Positions 18,641 through 29,279 of a stretch of 64,000 bases of DNA are shown in pieces (the stretch's first letter is position 1; the number at the start of each line of letters is the position of its first letter). The notes under the pieces are model-generated. The model searched no databases. It was given only the letters and a program-made list of their open reading frames with translations, and had not been told where the DNA came from. Source of the stretch: an uncultured Actinomycetes bacterium (GTDB lineage Bacteria > Actinomycetota > Thermoleophilia > UBA2241); contig CAVPVX010000004.1 in assembly GCA_963709345.1 (NCBI GenBank), forward strand, positions 1 to 64,000. The letters run 5' to 3'. A program made the position numbers and the translations under genes.

Positions 18641-20323
18641 TCACTCGGCCTGTGTCTTCCAGTAGCCTGCAGGATCGAGCTGGTAGACCGGGTGCAGGTA
18701 GAAGCCACCCGTGTTCTTGGAGCACATGGTCGTCTGGATCGGCGAGTAGAGTGTCGCGTAGGCCGCGTCGTCGGCGATGATGTCCTGCATCGCCGAGTAC
18801 GCCTCGATGCGCGCGACCGGGTCGGTCATCTTCTGCGCTTCGACGAAGGCCTCTTCGAGCTCGGGGCTCCACCAGAAGCTGGAGTTCATGCCGCCCGGCA
18901 CGGCGCTCGCCTTGCTGAACAGCGGGCCGATCCAGTCGCTCGGGTCGGGGAAGTCCATCCACCAGCCGAAGCTGCCCATGGTGAGCGTCTTGGGCGTGCT
19001 CTGCTGGTTGTAGAAGGCGTTGTTGCTCATCGTCTTGAGGTCGGCGTCGATGCCGACGGCCTTCAGGTCGGCCTGGACCGACTGCATGAGCTTCGGGTTG
19101 GGGTCGACGTTGTCGGTGTAGATCATGGTCTCGAAGCCGTCGGGGTAGCCCGCCTCTGCCAGAAGAGCCTTGGCCTTCTCGGGGTCGTAGCCGTAGTACT
19201 TCTTGCCCTCGACGTGACCCGGCATGCCCGGCGGGTAGAACTGCCAGAGCTCGGTGGCCTGGCCGGCCTGCAGCTTGACGAGCTTGCTGCGGTCGACGGC
19301 CCAGCTGACGGCCTGCCGCACCTTGACGTCGTCGAACGGCTTCATGCCGCGGTTCAGGAAGAGGTAGCTGATGGCGATCAGCGGCTGCGAGTAGACGTAG
19401 TCCTTCCACTGCGGGTCGGACTTGACGCGCGGGATGTCGGCGACGGGGACGCCGTCGCCGAGGGCGTCGACCTCGTTGCGCTGCAGCTTGAGGAAGGCGG
19501 TCTGCGGGTTCAGCGAGAGCTCGTAGGTGATGCCGTCGAGGTATGGTTTGCCGGCGTCCCAGTACTGGGGGTTGCGGGTCAGCGTGATCGTGCGCCCGGG
19601 GGTCCACTCCTGGAAGACGAAGGGGCCGGTGCCGAGCGGGTTGCGGTTGAACTTCTTGCCCCACTTCTCGACCCACTCCTTGGGGACGACGTCACAGAAG
19701 TCCATGGTGACGGCGTTGAGGAAGGAGAGGTCCGGGTTCTCGAGCGTGATCTCGACCGTGTAGTCGTCGACGACCTTGAAGCCCTCGATCTCGTCCGCCT
19801 TGCCGTCCATGAACGCGTCGGCGCCGACGACGCCCATGTAGAAGGAGGTGGCCGGCGCGCGCGGCTCGCTCATCATGCGCTCGAAGCTGTACTTGAAGTC
19901 CTCGGCCGTGACCTCGCGGTTCACCGGCGGCTGGAACTTGACGCCCTCGCGCAGCTTGAAGGTGTAGACGGTGCCGTCCTCGCTGATGCCGCCGTTCTCG
20001 ACGCTCGGCACCTCGGTGGCGAGGCGCGGCTCGAGCACGGTACCCTCGGTCCCGGGCCTGCTGGCATAGCCGAGGAAGCCCTCGTAGATGAGGTGCTCGA
20101 TCTCCCAGTCGATCACGTTCCAGGCGACGGCGGGGTCGAGGCTGGACGGCTCGGTGAGGTACGCGAGCGTCATGGTGCCGCCCTTCTGGGGCGTGTCGGC
20201 GGCGGGGCTGCTGCTACTGCCGCCGGAGTCGCCGCCGCAGGCGGCGAGCGCCAGGGCGAGCGCCAAGGCGAGCGCAAGAGCGGCGAGGAGGCCGATCCTG
20301 CGATGGTTGACACGAGTTGACAT
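18641..20323 (-). CDS. Peptide ABC substrate-binding lipoprotein (family 5), copy 2
   Basis: Lipobox LAAC; same family motifs; paralog of 16924..18603. Confidence 0.93.
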   Translation of the reverse strand: MSTRVNHRRIGLLAALALALALALALAACGGDSGGSSSSPAADTPQKGGTMTLAYLTEPSSLDPAVAWNVIDWEIEHLIYEGFLGYASRPGTEGTVLEPRLATEVPSVENGGISEDGTVYTFKLREGVKFQPPVNREVTAEDFKYSFERMMSEPRAPATSFYMGVVGADAFMDGKADEIEGFKVVDDYTVEITLENPDLSFLNAVTMDFCDVVPKEWVEKWGKKFNRNPLGTGPFVFQEWTPGRTITLTRNPQYWDAGKPYLDGITYELSLNPQTAFLKLQRNEVDALGDGVPVADIPRVKSDPQWKDYVYSQPLIAISYLFLNRGMKPFDDVKVRQAVSWAVDRSKLVKLQAGQATELWQFYPPGMPGHVEGKKYYGYDPEKAKALLAEAGYPDGFETMIYTDNVDPNPKLMQSVQADLKAVGIDADLKTMSNNAFYNQQSTPKTLTMGSFGWWMDFPDPSDWIGPLFSKASAVPGGMNSSFWWSPELEEAFVEAQKMTDPVARIEAYSAMQDIIADDAAYATLYSPIQTTMCSKNTGGFYLHPVYQLDPAGYWKTQAE

Positions 20324-20375
20324 GCCGTCCTCCTGTGGTCCTGTACGGATTGCTGTCGTCAATGGTGAGACGGGC

Positions 20376-21401
20376 TCACTTGCGGCGCTGGCGCGGGTCG
20401 AACGCGTCCCGCAGCCCGTCACCGACGAGGTTGAAGGCCAGCACCGTGATCATGATGCAGAGGCCGGGATAGAGGACGAGGTGCGGGGCCGAGAGGTAGT
20501 AGGGCTGGCCCTCGCTGATCATCTGTCCCCAACTGGGTGTTGGGGGCTGGACGCCGAGCCCGATGTAGCTCAGCGTCGATTCGAAGAGGATCGTGGTGGC
20601 GATGCCGAGGCTGGTGTACACGATGATCGGCGCCACCAGGTGCGGCAGGATGTGGCGGAACAGGATGCGCGGGCTGGTGCAGCCGGTGAGCCGGGCCGCG
20701 TCGACGAACTCCTTCTCGCGGATGCTGAGGACCTCGCCGTGGATCACGCGCGTCATGGGTGTCCAGTAGACGATGCCGATGACGAGCACGAGCACCCAGA
20801 TGCTCGTCTTGTTGATCGCCGTCGAGAGTGCGATCGCGAAGAGGAAGATGGGGAACGCCATCATCACGTCGGTCATGCGCATGAGCAGGGTCTCGATCCA
20901 GCCGCGGAAGTAGCCGGCCGTGAGCCCGAAGATGACGCCGAGGACGAGGGCGAAGCCGTTGGCCAGCACGCCGACCGTCAGGGAGACGCGGGCGCCGTAC
21001 ATGAGCCTGCTGAGCATGTCGCGGCCGAGCGGGTCCGTCCCCAGCCAGAACTCGCTGTTCGAGCTCACCGGCATGCCCTGCATCGTCAGGCCTTCGGAGT
21101 ACTGCTGCGTCGGGTCGTGCGGCGCGATCCACGGCGCGAACACGGCGATGAACACGAGGATGGCGATGATGACAAGGCCGAGGATGGCGAACTTGTCCCG
21201 GAGCAGGCGCCGCCAGATCTCGCCCCAGAGCGAGCGGTGCTCGACCAGCAGGGCGTCGGGGCTCCAGCCGGCGGCGCCGGCGGCCGAGGCGATCTCGGCG
21301 CCGGCGGTGGCGCCGGCCGGCGCCAGGCCCATCTCGGTCTCGGGCGACAGCTCGTCTTCGCGGCGCCGCAGGCGGGCGTCGTGGTCGCGCTCGTCGGTCA
21401 C
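20376..21401 (-). CDS. Peptide ABC permease (OppC/DppC)
   Basis: [32 protein letters not shown] and PPTPSWG motifs. Confidence 0.93.
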   Translation of the reverse strand: MTDERDHDARLRRREDELSPETEMGLAPAGATAGAEIASAAGAAGWSPDALLVEHRSLWGEIWRRLLRDKFAILGLVIIAILVFIAVFAPWIAPHDPTQQYSEGLTMQGMPVSSNSEFWLGTDPLGRDMLSRLMYGARVSLTVGVLANGFALVLGVIFGLTAGYFRGWIETLLMRMTDVMMAFPIFLFAIALSTAINKTSIWVLVLVIGIVYWTPMTRVIHGEVLSIREKEFVDAARLTGCTSPRILFRHILPHLVAPIIVYTSLGIATTILFESTLSYIGLGVQPPTPSWGQMISEGQPYYLSAPHLVLYPGLCIMITVLAFNLVGDGLRDAFDPRQRRK

Positions 21402-22504
21402 GGCGTCTCACCTGCCTCGGGCGCGGTCTCCGCGACGACGGCGAGGTCGTCCTCTCCCGCGCGGATGTGCGGGTAGTCGGTCGCCGAGATGAGGTGGCAG
21501 GCGGCGTAGTGACCTGGGCGCACCTCCGTGAGCTTGGGGTCCTCGACGTCGCAGAGCCCGGGCTTCGCCGCCGGGCAGCGGGTGTGGAAGTGGCAGCCGC
21601 TCGGCGGGTCGACCGGCGACGGCACGTCGCCGGTGAGCACCACCGGGCGCCGCAGCTCCTCGGCTGCCGGGTCGGGGATCGGCACGGCGCTGAGGAGCGC
21701 CTGCGTGTACGGGTGCATCGGCGTCTCGTAGAGCTCGGCGTTCTCGGCGAGCTCTACGATGCGGCCCAGGTACATCACGGCCACCCGGTCGGAGATGTGG
21801 CGGACGACCGAGAGGTCGTGGGCGATGAACAGGTAGGTCAGCCCGAACTCCCGCTGCAGCTTCTGGAGCAGGTTGATGATCTGCGCCCTGATGCTGACGT
21901 CGAGCGCGCTGATCGGCTCGTCGCAGACGATGAAGTTCGGCTCCACGGCGAGTGCCCGGGCGATGCCGATGCGCTGCCGCTGCCCTCCGCTGAACTCGTG
22001 CGGGTAGCGGTTCAGCGTGTTCGGGTTGATGCCGACAGTCGCGAGCAGCTCGCGGACCTTGGCCTTGCGCTCGCTCCGGGTACCCATACGGTGGACGAGG
22101 AGCGGCTCGCCGATGATGTCGGCGATGGTCATGCGGCCGTTGAGGCTCGCGTACGGGTCCTGGAAGATCATCTGCATGCGCTTGCGCTGCCGCCGCAGGC
22201 GCTTGCCGGCGAGGTGGGCGAGGTCGCCGCCCTCGTAAAGCACGCGTCCCGTGGTCGGGCGGATCAGCTGCAGGATCGCGCGCCCGGTCGTGCTCTTGCC
22301 GCAGCCGCTCTCGCCGACCAGGCCCAGCGTCTCGCCTCTCATGATCCGGAAGTCGAGGCCGTCGACGGCTTGCACCGCGCCGACCTTGCGCTGGAGGACG
22401 ACGCCGCTGGTGATCGGGAAGTGGACGCGCAGGTCCTCGACGGTGACGAGGGTGTCGCCGCCCGGCGCGGCTGCGCGCGCGCTCATAGGGACCCTGGCGC
22501 TCAC
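21398..22504 (-). CDS. Peptide ABC ATPase (OppF/DppF)
   Basis: [25 protein letters not shown] and GCHFHTRCP motifs. Confidence 0.93.
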   Translation of the reverse strand: MSARVPMSARAAAPGGDTLVTVEDLRVHFPITSGVVLQRKVGAVQAVDGLDFRIMRGETLGLVGESGCGKSTTGRAILQLIRPTTGRVLYEGGDLAHLAGKRLRRQRKRMQMIFQDPYASLNGRMTIADIIGEPLLVHRMGTRSERKAKVRELLATVGINPNTLNRYPHEFSGGQRQRIGIARALAVEPNFIVCDEPISALDVSIRAQIINLLQKLQREFGLTYLFIAHDLSVVRHISDRVAVMYLGRIVELAENAELYETPMHPYTQALLSAVPIPDPAAEELRRPVVLTGDVPSPVDPPSGCHFHTRCPAAKPGLCDVEDPKLTEVRPGHYAACHLISATDYPHIRAGEDDLAVVAETAPEAGETP

Positions 22505-23517
22505 GCGTTCACCCCGGCGGCGCCGCGCTCGCGCAGTACGTCGCGGCGGAAGCAGGCGGAGTACCGGCCGTCGTCCGTCGGCTCGAGCTCCGGCATGGCC
22601 TGCCAGCACGCGTCCTCGGCCAGGTAGCAGCGCGGGGCGAAGGCGCAGCCGGGGGGCAGGTTGGCGAGGTCGGGCGGCAGGCCGGTGATCGTCTCGAGGC
22701 TGTCGCGCCGCGGCTGGTTGAGGCGTGGCACGCTGGTGAGCAGGCCGATCGTGTACGGGTGGTGAGGGTGCGCGAAGAGCGGTTTCGCGGGGCCGCTCTC
22801 GACGATGCGCCCGGCGTACATCACGAGGATGCGCTCGCACATCCCCGCGACCACGCCGAGGTCATGAGTGATGACGATGACGGCGGCGGAGTACTCGCGG
22901 CTGAGCTTCTTCATCAGGCGCAGGATCTGCGCCTGGATGGTCACGTCGAGGGCGGTCGTCGGCTCGTCCGCGAGCAGGAGCTTGGGGTTGCACGACAGGG
23001 CGATGGCGATCATGACGCGCTGGCGCATGCCGCCGCTGAACTGATGCGGGTAGTCCCTGATGCGGCCGGCGGCCTTGGGGATGCCGACCTCGCCGAGGAG
23101 CTCGATGGAGCGTTTGACGGCATCTGAGTGACTCATCCCGAGGTGCAGTTCCAGGCCCTCGGTCATGAGGCGCTCGATGCTGAGCACGGGGTTCAGGCTC
23201 GTCACCGGGTCTTGGAAGATCATGCTGATGTCGCGGCCGCGGATCTCACGGACCTCGGACTCGGGCAGCGTGAGCAGGTCGCGGCCCTCGAACTCGATCG
23301 AACCGTTCACGGTGACGTTCGGGAGCATGGAAGTGAGGCCGATGATCGAGTTCGCAGTGACGCTCTTGCCGCAGCCGGACTCGCCGACCAGGCCGACGAG
23401 CTCGCCCGGCGCAAGCGAAAAGCTCACGCGGTTGACGGCGTGAACGATGCCCTCGTGCGAGGCGAAGTCGACGGTGAGGCCGCTCAGACGGAGCAGCGTG
23501 TTTCCATCAGCCCCCAT
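22501..23517 (-). CDS. Peptide ABC ATPase (OppD/DppD)
   Basis: [25 protein letters not shown] and GCAFAPRC motifs. Confidence 0.93.
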   Translation of the reverse strand: MGADGNTLLRLSGLTVDFASHEGIVHAVNRVSFSLAPGELVGLVGESGCGKSVTANSIIGLTSMLPNVTVNGSIEFEGRDLLTLPESEVREIRGRDISMIFQDPVTSLNPVLSIERLMTEGLELHLGMSHSDAVKRSIELLGEVGIPKAAGRIRDYPHQFSGGMRQRVMIAIALSCNPKLLLADEPTTALDVTIQAQILRLMKKLSREYSAAVIVITHDLGVVAGMCERILVMYAGRIVESGPAKPLFAHPHHPYTIGLLTSVPRLNQPRRDSLETITGLPPDLANLPPGCAFAPRCYLAEDACWQAMPELEPTDDGRYSACFRRDVLRERGAAGVNA

Positions 23518-23610
23518 GCCTGGGCAGTCTATCGTCACCCGGAGGAACATGCGAGGCGCTGGGATGGCCTGCGCTTTGACTGGAACTTGTCTGACTGGTA
23601 GTCATGCTGC

Positions 23611-25065
23611 ATGCGCAGCGACCCACTCTCAGCCGGCGAGATCCTCCATGCCCTCGAGCTCTTCGGTCCGCAGGCGCGACCGTACAACTTCGACGACGGA
23701 TTCGACTGCTGGGGCCTGGTGCGCAAGGTCTTCGACCGGCTGGACGACGGCTACGAGGTCAACGAGCAGCTCGGCGAGGCGGGGGATGAGCGCGAGGCGA
23801 ACTGGGCGGCCATCGGGCGGCGCGACGACCTGCTTCCCGGCGACCTACTGACGACGCACGCCCACGCGGACGCGGCCTTCCACACCGTCTTCTACTGTGG
23901 GCGGGCGGGTGGGCTTGATCTCGTCTACGACTCGTCCCCGCGCGGCTCGGTGCCGTTGTTCGAGCGGGCCGGCGGCGACTGGCGGCTCGCCGCAGAGCGC
24001 GCGCTGTTCACGCGCTTCATGCGCGCCACGGAGACCACCGACCGGCTCCGCCACGACGGCGGCGCGTACTTGCGCCTGTGGGACGAGCGCGAGCGCTTCT
24101 ACAATCGGGCGTTGCACGCGCGGCTGCAGGCCGGCGCCTCCACCCGTGCGCCCGATGGCGCGGTCTCGCGCGAGACCGGCGGCGCCGCGCCGGAGCGCGA
24201 CCTCATGGCGCTGCGCCGTGCCGCCGGGCTCTCTGCGCTACCGTTCTACTGTCTGCGGCGCCTCCCGCGTGACGCCGCCGGCCGCGAGGTCTATGACAAC
24301 CGGAGCACGCGGCATCTCGACTACTACATCCCGGACGGGGCGCCGGTGCTCGACGACCTGTACGAGGCGGTGGTCGAGCGCGGGGAGGCAGCGCCGGGCG
24401 CGCCGCGCCCGCCGGCGCCGCGCCTCGTGCGCACCCCGGGCTGGGTGGTCCGTGACGAACCCGTGACAGTGGAGTGGGAGTACCCGGGCGGCGCGGCCGA
24501 TGGCTGCCGGGTAGAGGTCTGGGAGGAGACGAGCGACCTCTGGAAGCACCGTCTGCTCAGGCTCGATCTCGACGTGCCGGCGACGGCGTTCACCTTGCCA
24601 GCAGAGCTCCTCCATCGGGAGAGCCGCTTCGCCGTCGTGCTGTATTCGCGCGGACCGGGCGGCTACTCGGCGACGGGGTTGGCGCCCTTCCTCTACCGGC
24701 CCGGCCCCGACGACCCGCTGCTCGACTACGCGCCGACGAGGCCCGAGCGTCTGCGTCCGGACGACGGCGTCTCGGTGCCGGTGGGCGCCGACGTGGAGTT
24801 GCGGTGGAGGATCCGCGACCGCGAGCGCTCGCAGGCGGCCGCGAGCGTCGTGTTGATCGAGGACGGCTGCCTCGCCGACGATCTCGAGCCCGTGTTCGAG
24901 GCCCGGCTCGAGCATGCGGACGCCCGGGGATGCGCCTGCACGGTGCCGGCGGCGCGCCTTCGCGCCGGGCACGCCTATGCCTGGTACGTCACCGCACACA
25001 CATCCGACGGTCGCACCGCCTTCGCGCCGTCCGAGGGTCTGTTCACCATCACTCGAGGAGGATGA
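23611..25065 (+). CDS. NlpC/P60-like cysteine hydrolase with C-terminal beta-sandwich (FN3/Ig-like) repeats
   Basis: FDCWGLV...LLPGDLL...FHTVFY catalytic pattern; two W/Y-patterned beta repeats; no signal peptide. Confidence 0.65.
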   Translation: MRSDPLSAGEILHALELFGPQARPYNFDDGFDCWGLVRKVFDRLDDGYEVNEQLGEAGDEREANWAAIGRRDDLLPGDLLTTHAHADAAFHTVFYCGRAGGLDLVYDSSPRGSVPLFERAGGDWRLAAERALFTRFMRATETTDRLRHDGGAYLRLWDERERFYNRALHARLQAGASTRAPDGAVSRETGGAAPERDLMALRRAAGLSALPFYCLRRLPRDAAGREVYDNRSTRHLDYYIPDGAPVLDDLYEAVVERGEAAPGAPRPPAPRLVRTPGWVVRDEPVTVEWEYPGGAADGCRVEVWEETSDLWKHRLLRLDLDVPATAFTLPAELLHRESRFAVVLYSRGPGGYSATGLAPFLYRPGPDDPLLDYAPTRPERLRPDDGVSVPVGADVELRWRIRDRERSQAAASVVLIEDGCLADDLEPVFEARLEHADARGCACTVPAARLRAGHAYAWYVTAHTSDGRTAFAPSEGLFTITRGG

Positions 25066-26102
25066 CGCGAATGCTCCACGTTGCGACGCGCCCGCTCGAC
25101 CTGCGTACCGCCACTCCCTTCGGCATCTCTCGCTGGTCGCACAGCGAGTTCGCCAACCTCGTCGTCGAGCTGCGTGACGGCGACATCGTCGGCTACGGCG
25201 AGGCGGCGCCGAACGCGCGCTACGGCGAGAGCCGGGACGAGGACGCCCAGGTCGCCGCCGATCTCGCACCCGCTGTCGCCGACCTCGAGGGACCGGCCGG
25301 CGTCGAGGGGCTCTGCGACCGTCTGGCTGGGGAGGGAGGCGGGGGCTCGGCGCTGCCGGCCCTCCGGGCCGCGCTGAGCGCCGCCGCCTGGGACCTCGCC
25401 GGCAAGCGGGCGGGCGAACCGGTGTGGCGGATGCTCGGTCTCGAGCGTCCCTCGGTCCGGACCTCGTACACCATCGCCATCGGCGCGCCCGCCGAGATGC
25501 TGGCGCAGGCGCGCGCCGCTGCGGCGTTCGGCACGCTCAAGGTCAAGCTGGGCTTCGACGGCGATCTCGAGCTGGCCCGCGCTCTCGCCCGTGAGCTCCC
25601 CGAGACGACCTTCCGCTATGACGCCAACGAGGGCTGGGACCGCGAGCGCGCGGCAGCGGCTCTCGCGGTCCTCGAGGGCCTCGGCGCCGAGCTGGTCGAG
25701 CAGCCGCTCCCGGCCGCCGATCTCGACGGCCAGGCCTGGTTGCGCGAACGGACGCCGGTGCCGCTGCTCGCCGACGAGGCGGTGCTCGCGCTCGACGATC
25801 TGGACGCCGTGACCGACCTGTACGACGGCGTCGTCGTCAAGCTCTCCAAGGCCGGCGGCATCGCCGCCGCGTTCGCGCTCCTCTCGGCCTGCGCCGGCCG
25901 CGGCCTGCGCGTGCTGCTCGGGTGCATGGTCGAGTCGAGCCTGGGCATCGCGGCGGCGCTGCAGCTCGCCGGCTTGGCCGACTACGTCGACCTCGACGGC
26001 GCGCTGCTCCTCGCCGACGACCCGTTCACCGGCGTCGTCGTGGAGGGCGACGTCCTGTCGCCGTCGCGTCAGCCCGGCCTGGGGGTGCGGCCGGCCGGGT
26101 GA
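25062..26102 (+). CDS. Dipeptide (L-Ala-D/L-Glu) epimerase, enolase superfamily
   Basis: PFGISR, GYGEAAP, LKVKLG, DANEGW, EQP, DE, KLSKAGG, GCMVES and DLDG motifs. Confidence 0.9.
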   Translation: MTRMLHVATRPLDLRTATPFGISRWSHSEFANLVVELRDGDIVGYGEAAPNARYGESRDEDAQVAADLAPAVADLEGPAGVEGLCDRLAGEGGGGSALPALRAALSAAAWDLAGKRAGEPVWRMLGLERPSVRTSYTIAIGAPAEMLAQARAAAAFGTLKVKLGFDGDLELARALARELPETTFRYDANEGWDRERAAAALAVLEGLGAELVEQPLPAADLDGQAWLRERTPVPLLADEAVLALDDLDAVTDLYDGVVVKLSKAGGIAAAFALLSACAGRGLRVLLGCMVESSLGIAAALQLAGLADYVDLDGALLLADDPFTGVVVEGDVLSPSRQPGLGVRPAG

Positions 26103-26157
26103 CGCACTCCCCAGCTGCGTCGCCGGCGCGCTTCGGCCCGCCCGGCGCCGCGTGCCC

Positions 26158-26886
26158 TCAGGCCTGCCGGAGCGCCGCGTAGAGCGCGGCGCCGGTTCGC
26201 GAGACGGCCTCGAAGCCGCCGGCGCCGTCCGTCATCACGACGACGATCGCCTGCCGCTCGCCCTCGCGCACGAGGGCGCAGTCGTGGGCGTAGCGGCCCA
26301 CTGGCGCGTCGTCACCACACTTGCCGGCGTACTCGGTCTCCGGCGGCAGGTGCCTGGCGATTCCGTCGAGGTGCTCCTGCTTCTCCAGCGACGCCCACAC
26401 TGGGCCACAGATCGCCGGTCCGAGCCGCTCGCCCACGGCCAGCTCCTCGAGCAGCGCGGCCAGGTCGCCGGCCGAAGTGAAGTTGTCGAGCCCCGCCGCC
26501 GCCGCCTCGCGGTCCATCATCAGGCGCTGCATGCGCGTGTGGGTGAGGCCGAGCTCCTCGGCGAGGGCGTTGACGCGCGTGAGGCCTACGGTGGAAGCGA
26601 CGACGTTCGTGGCGTCGTTGTCGCTGACCGTGAGCGCGAGGTGGAGCAGGTCGGCGAGCGAGAGTTCGGCGGCGTGGCGGAAGCCGCGCAGCACGCCGCT
26701 TCCGCCGACGCACTGCCCCGGCCGGAAGACGCGGCGTCGTGCGTCGTCGATCTCACTGCGCTCGACCATGCGCCAGAAGGCCGCGGCGAGCAGTACCTTG
26801 ATGGTCGAGTACGCCGGGAGCCGGACGTCCTCGTGGGCGCTCAGCGTCGTGCCGCTCCCGAGGTTCTTGGCGACGTACACGATCAC
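26158..26886 (-). CDS. Class-A beta-lactamase-like serine hydrolase (cytoplasmic)
   Basis: STIK (SxxK), SDN and KCG (KTG variant) motifs; no signal peptide. Confidence 0.85.
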   Translation of the reverse strand: MIVYVAKNLGSGTTLSAHEDVRLPAYSTIKVLLAAAFWRMVERSEIDDARRRVFRPGQCVGGSGVLRGFRHAAELSLADLLHLALTVSDNDATNVVASTVGLTRVNALAEELGLTHTRMQRLMMDREAAAAGLDNFTSAGDLAALLEELAVGERLGPAICGPVWASLEKQEHLDGIARHLPPETEYAGKCGDDAPVGRYAHDCALVREGERQAIVVVMTDGAGGFEAVSRTGAALYAALRQA

Positions 26887-26958
26887 GGTGCTCCTCCTCT
26901 CCGACGACGACTCCGGTACGCAAGGGGGGTCTCGTCGGTCGTCACGGATCGCCCGTGG

Positions 26959-27726
26959 TCAGATCGTCGCGTGCGCGCCGGCGTCGACGTGAACGACCTC
27001 ACCGGTGATCGCCCGGGAGAGATCGCTGAGCAGGAAGACGGTGGCGTCGGCCACCTCCTCGGTGGTGACGTTGCGGCGCAGCGGCGTATGGCTCTCGAGC
27101 AGTTCGAGCATGCCGCTGAAGTCCTTGATCGTGCGCGCCGCGACCGTGGCGATGGGGCCGGCGGAGACCGCGTTGACGCGGATGGCGTCCGGGCCGAGGT
27201 CGGCGGCCAGGTACCGCACCGCGCTCTCGAGCGACGCCTTGGCCGGGCCCATGACGTTGTAGTTGGGTACGACCCGCCAGGAGCCTGCGTAGGTCATGGT
27301 GACGATGGCGCCGCCTCGCGTCATGAGGCGGCGCAGTTCGCGGGCGGTCGCGATCAGCGAGTACGAGCTGATGTCGTTCGCCTGGGCGAACCCGGCGCGC
27401 GTGGTCTCGACGAAGCTGCCCTGGAGGTCGTCGGCCGGAGCCCAGGCGATGCTGTGCACGAGCCCGTCCAGTACCGGCATGTGCCCGGCCAGCTCGCCGA
27501 CGGCGCGGCGCACAGCGTCGTCACTGCTCACGTCGAGCTCGATCATCGGCGCGCCGCCAAGCTCGTCCGCGAGCTGCCTCACGCGACGCTTGAGGCGCTC
27601 GGCCTGGTAGCTGAGCGCCACGGCGCCGCCGTGACGCTTGATCGCCAGCGCCGTGGCCCAGGCGATCGAGCGTGAGTTGGCGGCGCCGGTCACGAGAAAG
27701 CACTTGCCGTCCAGCAGTCCGGTCAC
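26959..27726 (-). CDS. fabI: Enoyl-ACP reductase FabI
   Basis: NSRSIAW, LDGLVHSI, ISSYSL, PNYNVMGPAKASLE and RVNAVSAGPI motifs. Confidence 0.93.
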   Translation of the reverse strand: MTGLLDGKCFLVTGAANSRSIAWATALAIKRHGGAVALSYQAERLKRRVRQLADELGGAPMIELDVSSDDAVRRAVGELAGHMPVLDGLVHSIAWAPADDLQGSFVETTRAGFAQANDISSYSLIATARELRRLMTRGGAIVTMTYAGSWRVVPNYNVMGPAKASLESAVRYLAADLGPDAIRVNAVSAGPIATVAARTIKDFSGMLELLESHTPLRRNVTTEEVADATVFLLSDLSRAITGEVVHVDAGAHATI

Positions 27727-28403
27727 TGGGTCCTCCCCATCGTGCCGTTCGGCGGCGCCGGCGTTCGCGGCGGCTTCTCGGCGAGCAGCAGGAACTGGCG
27801 CGCCCAGTAGTCGCGGAAGACGTAGAGCGACAGCACCAGCGCCGTCCACCTGATCACCCGATAGCGGGTGAAGTACGGCTCCACGCGCAGCACGCGCAGG
27901 CCTGCCGTCTCGAGCAGGCGCACCATGTCCCGTTTGGCGAACCAGCGCACGTGCGTGCGGTCGAAGAAGCCCGAGTCGCGCCGCGGCCACGTCTTGGCCA
28001 GCAGGCACGCGATGACGTACACGTTGGAGGTGTTGGGCAGGGAGATGACGACGGCGCCTCCCGGGCGCAGGCGCGTGACGGCCCGGGCGAGGACGCCCTC
28101 GGAGTCGTTCACGTGCTCCAGCACGTCGCTGGCGAGGATGGCGTCGAACGGCTCTTCGCCGAGCTGCGCCGGGTCGAGATGGGCCAGGTCGCCTTCGATC
28201 ACGCGGTCCAGGCGCGTGCGCGCCGCGGCCGCCGCGCCCGGGTCCTGCTCCACGCCCACGACCTCCCGCGCCCCGGCCCGCTTGAGCAGTTCGCCGTTGT
28301 GACCGCCGCCGCAGCCGAGGTCGAGCACGCGCAGCCCCCGCGGGTCGATCAGGTCGAGGAAGGCGGGCTTGGCGTCGCGGAAGTAGCGTGAAGGGACGTC
28401 CAT
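27723..28403 (-). CDS. Class I SAM-dependent methyltransferase
   Basis: VLDLGCGGG, DVLEH and DRTHVRWF motifs. Confidence 0.88.
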   Translation of the reverse strand: MDVPSRYFRDAKPAFLDLIDPRGLRVLDLGCGGGHNGELLKRAGAREVVGVEQDPGAAAAARTRLDRVIEGDLAHLDPAQLGEEPFDAILASDVLEHVNDSEGVLARAVTRLRPGGAVVISLPNTSNVYVIACLLAKTWPRRDSGFFDRTHVRWFAKRDMVRLLETAGLRVLRVEPYFTRYRVIRWTALVLSLYVFRDYWARQFLLLAEKPPRTPAPPNGTMGRTQ

Positions 28404-28436
28404 CGCCGCATCATAGCAGCGCGACCGGTGACGCCG

Positions 28437-29279
28437 TCAGGGGAGGGTCACGCTCGCCGGGTCGGTGTCCGCCGGCAACTCGCGGCAGACGGCCGGCTCC
28501 CCTTCGTACCGGTAGGTGACGGCGAGCTCTCTGCCGGGGCCGTCGGCGGCTCCCTTCGTCACGGCCCGCTCTTCGGCCTGGGTCTCGTGGTCTTGCGCCG
28601 CGCCGGCCGCGAGCGGGCGCAGCATGAGCAGGTGCAAGCGCCCGCTCGCGGCCGGCGTCTCGCCGACGTCCAGCTCGAGCACGCGTGGCGCGTCGCCCTT
28701 GAACAACCGGACCACGGCGAAGCGCTGGACGGCCCCGCCGGCGGTGCGAGCCCGGGCGAGCACGACCACTGCGAAGCCCTCGATCTGCTCGGCGAAGGTG
28801 AGCGCGGAGTCCGCGGCGCCGCCGAGCTGGGCGCCGGTCTCGGTCACGGCCTGCTCGGGCTCCTGAATGGCCGTGTCGCCGCTGCGGTCCACGGCTGCGA
28901 GCCCGGCCGCCAGAGCCAGCACGACGACGGCCGCGACGGGAGCGGCTACGCGCAGCCAGCGCGACGCGCGGCTGCGCGGCTGCGCTGCTCGCAGCGGCTC
29001 CAGGTATGTGCGCAGACCGGCCCAGCGCGCGTCGGCGAGGTTCGTGTACTCGTCGTCTGGGGTCGGCACGGCGGCCTGTACCCCGGCGCTCAAGGCGACC
29101 ACCTCGACGTGCATCGCCGCGAGGCGCGCGTCGAGCGCCGGATCGGCCTCCGCGGCCGCCAGCAGCTCCGGGTCGTCGTCCAGGCCCAGGGCGCAGGCCA
29201 GCAGCCGGTCGTCATTGAAGACGCCCGGCTGCGGAGGTCCGTATCCTGTCGCTTCGTCAGTCATCGCGTTCGTCGTCAC
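28437..29279 (-). CDS. Probable single-pass anti-sigma factor
   Basis: Overlaps the ECF sigma stop; one central TM helix (VAAPVAAVVVLALAAGLAAV). Confidence 0.6.
   Translation of the reverse strand: MTTNAMTDEATGYGPPQPGVFNDDRLLACALGLDDDPELLAAAEADPALDARLAAMHVEVVALSAGVQAAVPTPDDEYTNLADARWAGLRTYLEPLRAAQPRSRASRWLRVAAPVAAVVVLALAAGLAAVDRSGDTAIQEPEQAVTETGAQLGGAADSALTFAEQIEGFAVVVLARARTAGGAVQRFAVVRLFKGDAPRVLELDVGETPAASGRLHLLMLRPLAAGAAQDHETQAEERAVTKGAADGPGRELAVTYRYEGEPAVCRELPADTDPASVTLP

Noticed and set aside
26158-26886. Beta-lactamase as an antibiotic-resistance gene
   Set aside because: It has no signal peptide, no evident omega-loop ExxLN motif and a KCG variant, so a cytoplasmic peptidase is more likely.
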